From: an uncultured delta proteobacterium
GTDB taxonomy: Bacteria > Desulfobacterota > Desulfobulbia > Desulfobulbales > Desulfobulbaceae
Assembly: GCA_963754825.1 (NCBI GenBank)
Contig: CAVWHP010000012.1
Coordinates: 4,131 to 68,130 of the forward strand
Length of the DNA: 64,000 nucleotides
Direction of reading: 5' to 3'
The position numbers were made by a program, and so were the translations under genes. The notes beneath the pieces are model-generated. The model worked only from the letters and a program-made list of their open reading frames with translations, did no database searches and was not told where the DNA came from. Below are positions 62,667 through 64,000 of this stretch, one piece after another (position 1 is the stretch's first letter; every line of letters starts with the position of its first letter).

Positions 62667-63698
62667 CTATCTTGCCATTTCCAGCGCCCGAAAATCAAGC
62701 ATTTTCAAGCGAAGCAGGACAACCAGGGTTTCCATCAGGAGGCCACAGAGGCGGCGGCCCCCGGCCAGGGCAACGAACCGCCGGTGGCGGCGCTGATGGC
62801 GCACGAGGAGGTCGAGTGCACGGGTTGAGGCGGCCGGATCGAGAATCATGCGGGCCACGGCCCGGCCGGAGATCAGGGCCGGGTGGATGCCCTCGCCGGT
62901 GAGCCCGGAGGCCAGCCCGGCGGCATCGCCGACGAGAAAGGTGCGGTCGAAGCGAACGCCGCGGTAGTCGAAGTTGACCAGGCCGGCGCGCAGCCGCTCC
63001 GGGTCGAGCCGGAACCCCTGGTCCGCGGCCCAGGCGAGCAGCCGCTCCTTGAGCACCCGGCCGGAAAGCCCGCTCGCGGCCGTATAGGCGCCCACCGAGA
63101 CCTCCTCGGCATGGGGGAACACCCAGCCGTACCCACAGCCGAACAGGTCGGCGCGCAGGTGCCACTCCATGCGCGGCAGGTGGCCGGGCAGCATGGCGTT
63201 CAACCCCAGCCCCACGGCCCGGGCAGGCAGGCCGAGCGATCGCCGCACGAGCGAGTTGGACCCATCGGCACCCACGAGGCAATCAAAGGTGACGCGGGTT
63301 TGCCGGCCGGCCCCGTCCTCGAGGGTCGCGCTGCCGCTGTCCAGCCGCAGCACGCGGCAGCCGGTGCGCAGATCCGCGCCCGCTGTCGCGGCCTGTTGTG
63401 CCATCCACTGGCCGAGCCGCTCGCGGTTGACCGTGGCCACGATCGGGTTCTCCTCGGCGACCACGGTCCGCTGGCGGCCGGTGACGATGTGCTGCTCCGG
63501 GAAGGCCGCCTCGATGAGCGTCTCCGGCACCTCGCGGATCAGCCCGTTCCAGGTGATGCCGCCGGCGCAGACCTTGGGACCGATCGCCGGCTTGCGCTCG
63601 ACCAGCAGCACCCTGGCGCCACCGGCCGCCAGGTCGGCCGCGCAGGCCAGGCCGCCCGGTCCGCCGCCAACGATGAGAACCTCCACCCGCTCGTCCAT
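62667..63698 (-). CDS. Geranylgeranyl-reductase-family FAD oxidoreductase
   Basis: IVGGGPGG, KVCAGG, GADGSNS, GYGWVFP, VGDAAG...TGEGI. Confidence 0.9.
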   Translation of the reverse strand: MDERVEVLIVGGGPGGLACAADLAAGGARVLLVERKPAIGPKVCAGGITWNGLIREVPETLIEAAFPEQHIVTGRQRTVVAEENPIVATVNRERLGQWMAQQAATAGADLRTGCRVLRLDSGSATLEDGAGRQTRVTFDCLVGADGSNSLVRRSLGLPARAVGLGLNAMLPGHLPRMEWHLRADLFGCGYGWVFPHAEEVSVGAYTAASGLSGRVLKERLLAWAADQGFRLDPERLRAGLVNFDYRGVRFDRTFLVGDAAGLASGLTGEGIHPALISGRAVARMILDPAASTRALDLLVRHQRRHRRFVALAGGRRLCGLLMETLVVLLRLKMLDFRALEMAR

Positions 63699-64000
63699 AC
63701 CGATCAACGCCTCAGCCCGGACAACGATCCGCTGGGCGCTTCCAATCCCTGTGTTCTGCTTGCTTTCATCATGCCTATACGCTAGCTTTGGCGCGTCGCC
63801 GCGCAACCAACCCGGTGGTGCCGCCACTCCCCTGTCCGCCCCGGGTGACCGGCCGGCGGACAAACCGGCGCACAGTACCACACAAAGGCCGATTCGGAAC
63901 CGCCCAAAACGCACCCGGCCAGCCAACCGCCCCAATCCGGCTCCCGCCCAGCGGCAGCACGGGCCGATTCTGCTCCCGCACCCAGGTGAACCCATCGTGA

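Overview
High-GC window of core and accessory chromosomal genes. Gene content and order suggest a Desulfobulbus-like Desulfobacterota; this is inferred, not searched. About 60 CDSs are supported, including lysC, selO, a TPP-riboswitch-led thiM-thiE-thiD-thiZXY salvage operon, treT, icmF, acrAB-oprM-acrR, glmS, pyrE, hflX-asnS, lpxD-fabZ-lpxA-lpxI, namZ, larE, hup, trxC and FlgO-like lipoproteins, plus tRNA-Pro(CGG). No prophage, integrase, transposase or CRISPR-Cas system is visible. Signals the ORF track misses: (1) a UxxC peroxiredoxin-like selenoprotein with an in-frame TGA and SECIS-like hairpin (24478-24948); (2) a sigma-54 module of an activator with a non-phosphorylatable receiver, three 20-bp-phased putative binding sites and a -24/-12 promoter ahead of an SH3 gene; (3) a 101-bp MITE-like insertion with a 6-bp target duplication that separates an RBS from its start codon and supplies a new ATG; (4) a probable ATC start for hflX; (5) an E. 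coli-like AcrR operator; (6) a ~105-bp triple repeat at 2.24-2.51 kb; (7) sigma-28-like promoters. About 14 single-base indels, including in asnS and fabZ, look like assembly errors rather than real pseudogenes. I could not identify a clearly new multi-gene system; the sigma-54 module and the selenoprotein operon are the best candidates.
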